27,224 bases of DNA, taken from Burkholderiales bacterium (GTDB lineage: Bacteria; Pseudomonadota; Gammaproteobacteria; Burkholderiales; SHXO01). Made by a program: the position numbers and the translations under genes. The DNA lies in assembly GCA_046714645.1 (NCBI GenBank), contig JBKKAO010000360.1, positions 1-27,224 of the forward strand, in the 5' to 3' direction. Shown in pieces: positions 9,549-18,351 of the stretch. The notes beneath the pieces are model-generated. The model did no database searches, was not told the DNA's origin, and worked only from the letters and a program-made list of their open reading frames with translations. How positions within the stretch are numbered: position 1 is the stretch's first letter; each line of letters begins with the position of its first letter.

Positions 9549-10154
9549 CTACTTCAATCCGCCTATGTACTGCGCGACGGATTCGATTTCTTTGTCCGTC
9601 ATACGGGCGGCGACAGCGCGCATCATGTTGTTGGGATCGTTGGAGCGCTCGTTGCCACGAAAGGCCTTGAGCTGCGTGACGGTGTATTCCGCGTGCTGGC
9701 CCGCGAGCCGCGGATACTGGGCGGGAATTCCCGCGCCATTGGGTGAATGGCATCCCGCGCAGGCCGCGACGCCGGTACTCACGTTCCCTCCTCGGAAGAC
9801 CTTGCGGCCTAGCTCAACGGAGCTAGCATCCTTGGCGCTTCCGCCTTTCGGAGCTTGGGAGGAAAAGTAAGCGGCGACATTCTTTACGTCATCATCGCTT
9901 AAAGCGGCCACCATGCCGGCCATCACGGGATTTTTTCGGTCACCTGACTTGTAGTTCTTGAGTTGCTTGACGATGTAGCCTGAGTGTTGGCCGGCGAGGT
10001 TGGGATTGGCGGAGAGGAAACTATTGCCATCGGTCCCGTGACAAGCCGCGCAAATTTGGGAAGCGATCTGCTGTCCCTTGGCGGGGTCGTCTCCAGCGGC
10101 GGGGACGGAACTCGTGAGGGCCAGCATGGACAGACCGAGGATCCAAGGTTTCAT
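9549..10154 (-). CDS. Periplasmic diheme cytochrome c4
   Basis: Signal peptide; two CxxCH motifs (CAACH, CAGCH); PNLAGQ / PRLAGQ repeats; distal Met in each domain; GGAG SD; divergent from engB as commonly seen in Beta/Gammaproteobacteria. Confidence 0.93.
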   Translation of the reverse strand: MKPWILGLSMLALTSSVPAAGDDPAKGQQIASQICAACHGTDGNSFLSANPNLAGQHSGYIVKQLKNYKSGDRKNPVMAGMVAALSDDDVKNVAAYFSSQAPKGGSAKDASSVELGRKVFRGGNVSTGVAACAGCHSPNGAGIPAQYPRLAGQHAEYTVTQLKAFRGNERSNDPNNMMRAVAARMTDKEIESVAQYIGGLK

Positions 10155-10264
10155 CCGAACTCCGAAGAAAAGAAGATTGCGCTGTTTCGCGATCTTGCAA
10201 TAAGTTCACCCGAGCACCAGTGAAACCAGTGAACGCGAAAGCCGTGAATTCTATCTTAAGCGAA

Positions 10265-10882
10265 ATGACTGACGCATATCTAAACGTGGACTTCGCCTTT
10301 GGGGCGGCAAAACTGGACCAACTTCCGGTGCAAGAAGGGCCGGAAGTCGCCTTCGCGGGCCGCTCAAATTCGGGCAAGTCGACGGCCATTAACGCCCTGT
10401 GCAACCGCAAGCGTCTAGCATTCGTAAGCAAGACGCCGGGCCGGACCCGGCAGATCAATTTTTTTCGAGTTTCCTCGGGAGGTTTTCTGGTGGACTTGCC
10501 CGGCTACGGGTACGCCAAAGTGTCCGGAAGCCTGCGCTCGGCCTGGGGAAGTTTGCTGGGCGGTTACGTGACACAACGGCAGGCGCTGCGCGGCATCGTG
10601 GTGATGATGGATAGCAGGCATCCCTTCACGGATCTCGATTTCCAGTTGCTAGATTGGATAGGACAATCCCCTAGACCGGTCCACATGTTGCTGACGAAGG
10701 CCGACAAACTAAACCGGCAAGAGTGCAACCGGCTCTTGAAGCAAGCGCAAGAGCAACTGGCGGGTATGCCGGGGCTATACACCGTGCAGTTGTTCTCCGG
10801 CGCCAGCAAGCTCGGAGTGGAGGAAGCCCGCGGAAAAGTAATGGAGTGGCTGCGGGCCGATCCTACTGTCTTGCCGCAGTGA
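10265..10882 (+). CDS. engB: Ribosome-biogenesis GTPase EngB (YihA/YsxC)
   Basis: G1 GRSNSGKS, G2 PGRT, G3 DLPGYG, G4 TKADK. Start set at ATG 10265 (205 aa); the GTG at 10220 gives an atypical extension. Confidence 0.95.
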   Translation: MTDAYLNVDFAFGAAKLDQLPVQEGPEVAFAGRSNSGKSTAINALCNRKRLAFVSKTPGRTRQINFFRVSSGGFLVDLPGYGYAKVSGSLRSAWGSLLGGYVTQRQALRGIVVMMDSRHPFTDLDFQLLDWIGQSPRPVHMLLTKADKLNRQECNRLLKQAQEQLAGMPGLYTVQLFSGASKLGVEEARGKVMEWLRADPTVLPQ

Positions 10883-10917
10883 GGGCATCTCGGGACGTAG
10901 AATGCAGTTCTCGGGAC

Positions 10918-10951
10918 AAAAAAAACCCCGGTCAAAGGGGAGATACCGGGG
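10918..10951 (-). terminator. Rho-independent terminator of the minus-strand sRNA
   Basis: Perfect 7-bp GC-rich stem (10926-10932 / 10945-10951) followed by 8 U on the minus strand; no minus-strand CDS ends nearby. Confidence 0.85.
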
Positions 10952-11022
10952 CTAAGCCTTACTTGAATAGATTCAGTTAAGGCACCCGCTCAGGGAGGTG
11001 AAGCGGGAGACGTCACCGTCTG
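10918..11022 (-). ncRNA. Probable small RNA of the anti-hemB motif type (two stem-loops plus terminator, opposite strand upstream of hemB)
   Basis: Minus strand: hairpin 1 CCCGCU-U-CA[CCUCCC]UG-AGCGGG (11007-10985); hairpin 2 GCCUUA..UGAA[UCUA]UUCA..UAAGGC (10983-10956); terminator CCCCGGU[12 nt]ACCGGGG plus U8 (10951-10918). Position and architecture match the described Burkholderiales anti-hemB motif. The 5' end is inferred from the candidate promoter. Confidence 0.7.
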
Positions 11023-11027
11023 TAGCT

Positions 11028-11055
11028 TTAGTTTCTTGGCTTATTGAAAAGTTCC
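11028..11055 (-). promoter_or_regulatory. Candidate sigmaE (RpoE/AlgU)-type promoter for the sRNA
   Basis: Minus strand GGAACTTTT (11055-11047); GGAACTT-N16-ACTAA versus consensus GGAACTT-N16-TC(T/A)AA, one mismatch in the -10. Confidence 0.45.
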
Positions 11056-11063
11056 GCGGCGGT

Positions 11064-11091
11064 TTGATGGAGCTTTCTCGGAATTTATAAG
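11064..11091 (+). promoter_or_regulatory. Candidate sigma70 promoter for hemB
   Basis: TTGATG (11064-11069)-N16-TATAAG (11086-11091); SD TAAGGA just before ATG 11122. Confidence 0.4.
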
Positions 11092-11121
11092 CCGTTATTG
11101 CTCAATATCCATAAGGAATAG

Positions 11122-12129
<1,008 letters not shown>

Positions 12130-12135
12130 TCGCTC

Positions 12136-12866
12136 CTAGGTACTCGCCGCCGATGCGCGGCGATCGCGTTCCAACTGCAGGACAAAGCGCTGCATCACGG
12201 TTGCTTGAGGATTGCGCAAGCCTACGAATTCGCAGCCATAGCGTCGTATCGAAGTCTTGCCATCACGCCTGAATGGCGAGGCACGCCGAACGCGGATAGA
12301 AACTTCTAGGCTACCGGCCTCGTGGAGATTTACGAGACACTTGTCGTAGATCTTTCCCACGATCAACTCAGGGGCATCATCGGGCGGAGACAGGGCGATT
12401 CCTCCCAACCCGATATCCATCGCCCGGCAGTCCAAGGTCAGATCCTTCGGTAGCGGCACGGCGCAAACCGCGGGGGTCTTAGGGGGATGGACGCTCTAAA
12501 GTAGGCGCGCCGCTGCACTTTTAGAATGCGCTGCGGGAGCTTTAAACGAATGGCCGGAACCCCGTCTAACTCGATCAACTCTCCCTGTTCCGATCTAAAT
12601 TCGACGCGTGCACCATCCAATGAGCTTTGCAGGGAAAGCCCACCGCCTTTGCCGATTTGTTCCCTGTGCTTTTCATCGGATGGTGCATCTAGCAAAAGGT
12701 AGCTCTTATCAGCGTTGACTTCCAGAATCACGGTCACAAAGCTCACTCCAGCGGGTTCCATCCGGCCTGTCATCATGGTTCGTGACCTATGCAGGGCATT
12801 GAGCGTATAGGCGATGTCAACCTTTGAATGCAGCCAGTAGGGGCTCTTGTCGTTGGCGAGGCTCAT
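12136..12866 (-). pseudogene. ycgR: YcgR-family (flagellar-brake-like) PilZ c-di-GMP receptor split by a 1-nt frameshift; pseudogene or sequencing error
   Basis: ORF 12866-12438 carries a YcgR-like N-domain and the PilZ QRRAYFR motif; ORF 12459-12136 carries MDIGLGG (DxS/GxxG) and C-terminal GCEF / LQLER. Adding 1 nt between about 12438 and 12497 fuses them into 243 aa. Confidence 0.8.
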
Positions 12867-13480
12867 GCGTTAGGTTCTTCAGCCAACAACGCTTCCACGC
12901 AGGCGAGGGAGGCGCGCGGCAAGGACCGTCCGTGGGGGGTGGTGCGCGAGGAATGTCGTTCGTGATCTGATGACAACACCGAGAGTTCAATGAGCGCTTC
13001 CTCGGTTTCGATGATGAATGCGGGCGTCATTACTTCCCGGCTGCCGATGAACAAGCGATTCTCCTTGGCCGAAAAGGGCACGCCTTGGTTGAGTAGGTAC
13101 AACTCAACATCTTTTGCGCTATCCGCATAGAGGTGCAATTGGATGCTCGAAAGCCGGCCGATGCTTCCCGTTACAACCCCTCCCACGAGTTGCGGGCGGA
13201 AATGCTCGAATATCCGCATACTGTCTCGCGCCAGGGTGCGCAACGATAAAAGGCGGTCTCGGTGCTCATCAGCATGATAGAGCGCTTGATAGCTTGTGAG
13301 CGCGCTCTCAATTTCCCCGTTCGTCGGAAGATTCCGTGAGTCGGGAGCGCCCACTTGGCGCGCGGCCTTTCGTTTGGCCGCCCCGAAATCTGTGACGCCA
13401 TCCTCGGCGATTATCCGGGCTGCCTGATGCGCGATACGTTCTCGCATTTGCTCGCGTGCGCCGCCGTCCCCCCGTGCCAT
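12863..13480 (-). CDS. Conserved hypothetical protein, possibly a degenerate nucleotidyltransferase-like fold
   Basis: 205 aa; signature RxxIAxxAARxxAEDG..D...AKxKAA....LP.N.EI...L..YQ.L that I recognise from uncharacterised proteobacterial proteins; AAGGT SD; ATGA overlap with ycgR. Confidence 0.8.
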   Translation of the reverse strand: MARGDGGAREQMRERIAHQAARIIAEDGVTDFGAAKRKAARQVGAPDSRNLPTNGEIESALTSYQALYHADEHRDRLLSLRTLARDSMRIFEHFRPQLVGGVVTGSIGRLSSIQLHLYADSAKDVELYLLNQGVPFSAKENRLFIGSREVMTPAFIIETEEALIELSVLSSDHERHSSRTTPHGRSLPRASLACVEALLAEEPNA

Positions 13481-13504
13481 GATCGCGTACCTTGGATGAG
13501 TAGG

Positions 13505-15832
13505 TTAGTACAGTTCGCCTTGCTTGTCGTCGGAAGGCCTAGGCGCGATGCCCACACCGTTGCCAGGCATGCCGTCGATCTCCGGCGGGAGATTCTCTTG
13601 ATAGAAATAATCCGTGATCGAGTCCGCGCCTTGCTCTTCGCGCAGTCCTGTATCCGGATTCACACGCACGGAGACGACGCCCTCAGGCATTCGCGGAAGC
13701 TCTTCTGGAATACTCTTGAGCGCAGCACCCATGTAGCTAATCCAAAGGGGCAACGCGGCCACGGCGCCGGTTTCGTTGGGGCCTAGGGAACGGGGGGTAT
13801 CAAACCCCATCCAGGCGACCGCGGTAACGTGCTTCTGAAAGCCCGCGAACCAAGCATCCATCTGGTCGTTGGTTGTCCCGGTTTTGCCTGCGATGTCTCT
13901 GCGCCCCAATTGCAATGCACGGGCGCCCGTTCCCCCGCGAATGACGTCTTGCATCATGCTAAACATCACGAAGGCGTTGCGGGGGTCGATCGCTTGCGGC
14001 GCTCCGCTGCCGGATCTCGAAGGTTGTGCGCGGCTTAGTACTTTGCCCTCGGAATCTTCCACACGCGTGATAAAGTACGGCGATACACGGTATCCGCCAT
14101 TGGCAAATACGCAATAACCCGTTGCAAGCTCCAGAGGTGTTACGGAACCCGCGCCCAAGGCCATGGTGAGGTAAGGCGGGTGGCGCTTGGCATCAAAGCC
14201 AAAGCGTGTGATGTAGTCCTGAGCATACTGCGTCCCGACGGCGCGAAGAATGCGGATAGAGACTAGATTCTTTGATTTGGTCAGTGCCGCCCGCATGCGT
14301 ATCGGGCCGTCATAGGTTCCATCGAAGTTCTTGGGCTCCCAGCTGGCCGAACCGGTTTCGGTGGCATCGAAGCTAAGTGGCGCGTCATTAATAATTGTGG
14401 CTGGCGTGAAGCCTTTTTCAAGCGCGGCGGAATAGACAAAGGGTTTGAAACTCGATCCGGGTTGCCGCTGGTTTTGAGTCACATGGTTGTACTTGTTGCG
14501 CACGAAGTCGAATCCGCCGACCAAGGCGCGAATCGCGCCGGACTCGGGATCCATGGCCACTAGGCCCGCTTCCACCTGCGGAAATTGGGCAATCTCCCAA
14601 GCTCCTTTTTCGTTTTTGCGAACACGGATAAACGCTCCCCGGCGAACCCTCTTGCTGGCGGGAGCCTTCTCGCCCATGAAAGCTTTCGCGAGTTTAAGCC
14701 CATCGGCTGTGATCTCAAGCGTCTCGCCACCCTTTCGGACCGCCTTGAGGCGCTGTGCACTCAACTCCAAGACCAAAGCCACGTGAAGATCGTCGCTGTC
14801 CTCTCGGTCTTGAAGCAAGTCATCTAATGCATCCTCGGAAATGTCCTTAGGTAGTTCTTGGAAATCCTCCGCGCCGCGGTAGCCGTGCCGGCGGTCGTAG
14901 TCAAGAATACCCTTACGCACCGCGAAATAGGCGGCGTCTTGGTGTGCCTTGTTGAGAGTCGTGAACACACGAATGCCGTGGGTGTAGGTCTTCTCACGAT
15001 ATTGGTCGTAGACCGACTGGCGCACCATCTCATTGAAATGATCGGCATGAGAGGCGTAGCTGGATTGCTCCTTTCTTACAAGCAGCGGTTCCGCGAGTGC
15101 CCCCTTATGTTGGGCTTCCGTAATGAACTTTAGCTCACGCATGCGCCGCAATACGTACTGTTGGCGTTGCACGGCGCGTTGCCGGTTGACGACGGGATTG
15201 TATCGAGACGGCGCCTTGGGAAGACCGGCGAGCATGGCCATCTCGGAAAGACTCAAGTCCTTTAGATTCTTGCCGAAGTAGGCCTGAGCTGCGGCAGCGT
15301 ATCCATAGGCGCGTTGTCCAAGGTAGATTTGATTGATGTACAACTCGAGAATTTGATCCTTTGTCAGGCTGTGTTCAATCTTGAAGGCAAGCAGTGCTTC
15401 GTTGAACTTACGACTAAAGGTCTTCTCCGAACTCAGGAAAAAATTCCGAGCTACTTGCATGGTAATGGTGCTTGCGCCCTGCTTGGCTTCGCCAGCCGTG
15501 AAATTCGCCAATACCGCCCTTACGATTCCCAGGTAGTCGATGCCGCCATGTTGATAGAAACGCTCGTCCTCCGCCGCAATGATGGCCTGTCGCAAGGGCA
15601 CGGGAACCTCTTGGATGCGCACAACGGCACGGCGCTCTTCCCCGAACTCGCCGGTGAGCAGTCCCTCGTCGCTGAAAATGCGTAAAGGCACTTTGGGGCT
15701 GTATTGGGTGAGGGCTTCGAGAGATGGCAGTTTGGGATAGGCCAAAGCGACCGCGAACCCGACGAAGAAGACCGAGGCGAGGACCAATGAGACGAGGACA
15801 AGTACGGGAAATAACCACCAACGGTTGGGCAT
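13505..15832 (-). CDS. mrcA: Penicillin-binding protein 1A (class A PBP)
   Basis: N-terminal TM anchor; transglycosylase EDERFYQHGG, QGASTITMQVARN; transpeptidase SxxK (GSSFK), SxN (SKN), KTG. Start set at ATG 15832 (775 aa). Confidence 0.96.
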   Translation of the reverse strand: MPNRWWLFPVLVLVSLVLASVFFVGFAVALAYPKLPSLEALTQYSPKVPLRIFSDEGLLTGEFGEERRAVVRIQEVPVPLRQAIIAAEDERFYQHGGIDYLGIVRAVLANFTAGEAKQGASTITMQVARNFFLSSEKTFSRKFNEALLAFKIEHSLTKDQILELYINQIYLGQRAYGYAAAAQAYFGKNLKDLSLSEMAMLAGLPKAPSRYNPVVNRQRAVQRQQYVLRRMRELKFITEAQHKGALAEPLLVRKEQSSYASHADHFNEMVRQSVYDQYREKTYTHGIRVFTTLNKAHQDAAYFAVRKGILDYDRRHGYRGAEDFQELPKDISEDALDDLLQDREDSDDLHVALVLELSAQRLKAVRKGGETLEITADGLKLAKAFMGEKAPASKRVRRGAFIRVRKNEKGAWEIAQFPQVEAGLVAMDPESGAIRALVGGFDFVRNKYNHVTQNQRQPGSSFKPFVYSAALEKGFTPATIINDAPLSFDATETGSASWEPKNFDGTYDGPIRMRAALTKSKNLVSIRILRAVGTQYAQDYITRFGFDAKRHPPYLTMALGAGSVTPLELATGYCVFANGGYRVSPYFITRVEDSEGKVLSRAQPSRSGSGAPQAIDPRNAFVMFSMMQDVIRGGTGARALQLGRRDIAGKTGTTNDQMDAWFAGFQKHVTAVAWMGFDTPRSLGPNETGAVAALPLWISYMGAALKSIPEELPRMPEGVVSVRVNPDTGLREEQGADSITDYFYQENLPPEIDGMPGNGVGIAPRPSDDKQGELY

Positions 15833-15873
15833 CTGGGTTGTCTTGTAAGAAATTTGTGGGTGGTAGGGCGAGC

Positions 15874-15879
15874 ATTCTA
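15874..15879 (-). promoter_or_regulatory. Candidate -10 box for mrcA
   Basis: TAGAAT on the minus strand about 42 nt upstream of the mrcA ATG; weak -35. Confidence 0.3.
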
Positions 15880-15964
15880 ACTTCGCAAACAAATCCTGAA
15901 AACTTTAGCGTTGGCGCCGATATAGCAGCCACGACCTTCTAACTACAAGGCGATCGTTAATTCC

Positions 15965-17083
15965 ATGATGACTGCGAGACTAACGGAAGCACTTAGATCC
16001 AATGGCCATGCCATCGCTAAGCTCTTCAAACCTAAGACACCCCCCATGATTGGCGTAGACATCAGTTCGTCCTCGGTCAAGATGGTCGAGTTGGTAGACG
16101 CGGGCAAAGGGCGCTACCGCCTTGAACGCTATGCCATCGAGGCACTGCCTAAGGACGCCGTAGTCGATGGCAACGTCATGAACTTAGAGGCCGTGGGCGA
16201 AACTCTTCGTCGGGGCTGGAAACGTATGGGCAGCCGCGTGAAAAACGTGGCCATGGCGTTGCCTTCGGCCCAGGTCATTACCAAGAAAATCGTCGTGCCC
16301 GCGGGATTGCGCGAAGAGGATCTTGAAATTCAAGTCGAGACCGAAGCCAATCAATATATTCCTTTCGCGCTGGAGGAAGTAAATCTTGACTTCCAGATTC
16401 TAGGGGTTAGCGCTACCAACCCCGAGGAAATGGAAGTGCTGATCGCCGCTTCCCGAAAGGAAAAGGTCGAGGACCGTGTGGCCTGCGCTGAAGTTGGCGG
16501 GCTCAAAACGGTGGTCATGGATATCGACTCTTTCGCCGCGCAGAACGCCTTCGAGGTCATTCAGGCCGAGCTTCCCGACGGCGGCAAAGACCAGGTCATC
16601 GCCTTGGTCGACATTGGCGCCTCCTTGATGAACATCAATGTGTTGCGCAATAACCAGAGCGTGTACATGCGTGAGCAGCCTTTCGGGGGCAATCAGCTCA
16701 CGCAGGAAATCCAACGCCACTATAACTTGTCTCCAGAAGAAGCGGAGGCGGCCAAGCGCAACGGGGGACTTCCGGAGACCTACGAGGCGGAGGTCGTGCA
16801 ACCCTTTATGGAAACCTTGGCGTCGGAAGTAACGCGTGCCCTGCAATTCTTCTATACCTCTACCCAGTACAGCGCGGTGAATCATATCTTCCTTTCCGGT
16901 GGATGTGCGACGCTTCCGGGATTAGATAGTGTGGTCGCGCGGCGAACCAATGTCACGGCACACATCGCCAATCCCTTCTCAGCCATCGAGGTCTCGCCAA
17001 AAATTAAGTCCCGCCAGCTTGACCAGGATGCACCCGCCTTAGTGGTCGCCTGCGGCCTGGCGTTGAGGAGGTTTGACCAATGA
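15965..17083 (+). CDS. pilM: Type IV pilus assembly protein PilM
   Basis: IGVDISSSSVK, QVETEANQYIPF, ALVDIGA, REQPFGG, RALQFF, LSGG, C-terminal ACGLALR; divergent from mrcA. Exact start uncertain. Confidence 0.95.
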   Translation: MMTARLTEALRSNGHAIAKLFKPKTPPMIGVDISSSSVKMVELVDAGKGRYRLERYAIEALPKDAVVDGNVMNLEAVGETLRRGWKRMGSRVKNVAMALPSAQVITKKIVVPAGLREEDLEIQVETEANQYIPFALEEVNLDFQILGVSATNPEEMEVLIAASRKEKVEDRVACAEVGGLKTVVMDIDSFAAQNAFEVIQAELPDGGKDQVIALVDIGASLMNINVLRNNQSVYMREQPFGGNQLTQEIQRHYNLSPEEAEAAKRNGGLPETYEAEVVQPFMETLASEVTRALQFFYTSTQYSAVNHIFLSGGCATLPGLDSVVARRTNVTAHIANPFSAIEVSPKIKSRQLDQDAPALVVACGLALRRFDQ

Positions 17084-17709
17084 TCCCAATTAACCTACTG
17101 CCGCATCGAGCGCAAAAAAGAGCGGCGCTGCAAAAGCAGTTCTTTGTCATGGCTGCTGGTATGGCCCTGATAGGCGTTGGAGCGGTGATCCTCGTACATG
17201 GGTTTTTCGCCCAGAGGATTGATACCCAGTTGAGCCGAAACAAGTATCTAGATGACGAGATCGCGGCGCTCGACAAACAGATCGACGAGATCAAGAAACT
17301 CAAGGAACAAACCCAGTCCTTGCTTGCACGCAAGAAGGTGGTGGAGGCTCTACAGTCCGATCGAACCGAGGCCGTTCGCTTGCTCGATCAACTTGTCCGG
17401 CAACTTCCCGAGGGGCTTTATCTAAAGTCCATCAAGCAGACCAATGATATGGTCAACGTCCAGGGTTTTGCATCTTCGAATGCGCGCGTGTCGACGCTCA
17501 TGCGCAATTTTGAAGCTTCCCCCTGGTTGGAGAGTCCAACCTTGGTGGAAATAAAAGCAGCCAAGGTGAATGACAACCCCATTAGTGAGTTCAGTCTCAA
17601 CGTGAAGATCACAAGAACGCACGAGAAAGCCGAAGGCAACGGCAAGACCGCAGCGCATCATCCAAGACCGTCGCCGGCCGCTGCTACCTCCTCACCGACT
17701 AAGAGCTAA
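17080..17709 (+). CDS. pilN: Type IV pilus assembly protein PilN
   Basis: INLLPHR PilM-binding motif, TM helix, coiled coil, SNARVSTLMRN; ATGA overlap with pilM. Confidence 0.95.
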   Translation: MIPINLLPHRAQKRAALQKQFFVMAAGMALIGVGAVILVHGFFAQRIDTQLSRNKYLDDEIAALDKQIDEIKKLKEQTQSLLARKKVVEALQSDRTEAVRLLDQLVRQLPEGLYLKSIKQTNDMVNVQGFASSNARVSTLMRNFEASPWLESPTLVEIKAAKVNDNPISEFSLNVKITRTHEKAEGNGKTAAHHPRPSPAAATSSPTKS

Positions 17710-17712
17710 GTT

Positions 17713-18351
17713 ATGACATTAGACGAACTCAAACTCTTAAACCCAAAGGAGATCGGCTCTTGGCCGATCCTACCGAAGCTGGGCGCGTTGCTCGCGATCT
17801 TCTCGTTGATTGTTGCGGGGGGCTATTGGTTCGACTGGTCGAATCAGTGGGGCGAACTCACCGCAGCGAGAAACAAAGAATCGGAGTTGCGTACTTCATT
17901 CGTGGACAAAAAGCGGCAGGCCATCAACCTCGATGCTTACACTAAGCAACTGCGAGACATCGAGCAGTCCTTCGGAGCGATGCTCAAGCAACTCCCAAAC
18001 AAAGCGGAGATGGAAGCCCTACTGTCGGACATCAACCAAGCGGGATTGGGGCGCGGCCTGCAGTTCGAACTTTTTAAGCCGGCGGAGAAGGAAACCTTCT
18101 ACGATTTTTACGCAGAGCTCCCCATAACGATCAAGGTTTCGGGAAACTACCACGACGTCGGTTCCTTCACTAGCGATGTGGCGCAATTGCCAAGAATCGT
18201 AACGCTAAACAATGTGGCCATGGCGACCGATAAAGAGGGCAAGTTAGTTTTGGATGCGGTTGCGCGAACCTTTCGTTACCTCGATGACGAGGAAATGGTG
18301 GCCAAACGCAAGGCTGCCAAGGAAAAGACCGCGCAAAAGGATAAGAAGTGA
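17713..18351 (+). CDS. pilO: Type IV pilus assembly protein PilO
   Basis: IGSWP, TM helix, NLDAY..QL, QLPNKAEM..LLSDINQAG, FYAELPI, GNYHD.G.F, LPRIVTL. Confidence 0.95.
   Translation: MTLDELKLLNPKEIGSWPILPKLGALLAIFSLIVAGGYWFDWSNQWGELTAARNKESELRTSFVDKKRQAINLDAYTKQLRDIEQSFGAMLKQLPNKAEMEALLSDINQAGLGRGLQFELFKPAEKETFYDFYAELPITIKVSGNYHDVGSFTSDVAQLPRIVTLNNVAMATDKEGKLVLDAVARTFRYLDDEEMVAKRKAAKEKTAQKDKK

Noticed and set aside
12438-12497. Programmed -1 ribosomal frameshift as the explanation for split ycgR
   Set aside because: No canonical X XXY YYZ slippery heptamer is visible in the permitted interval; a DNA-level indel is simpler.
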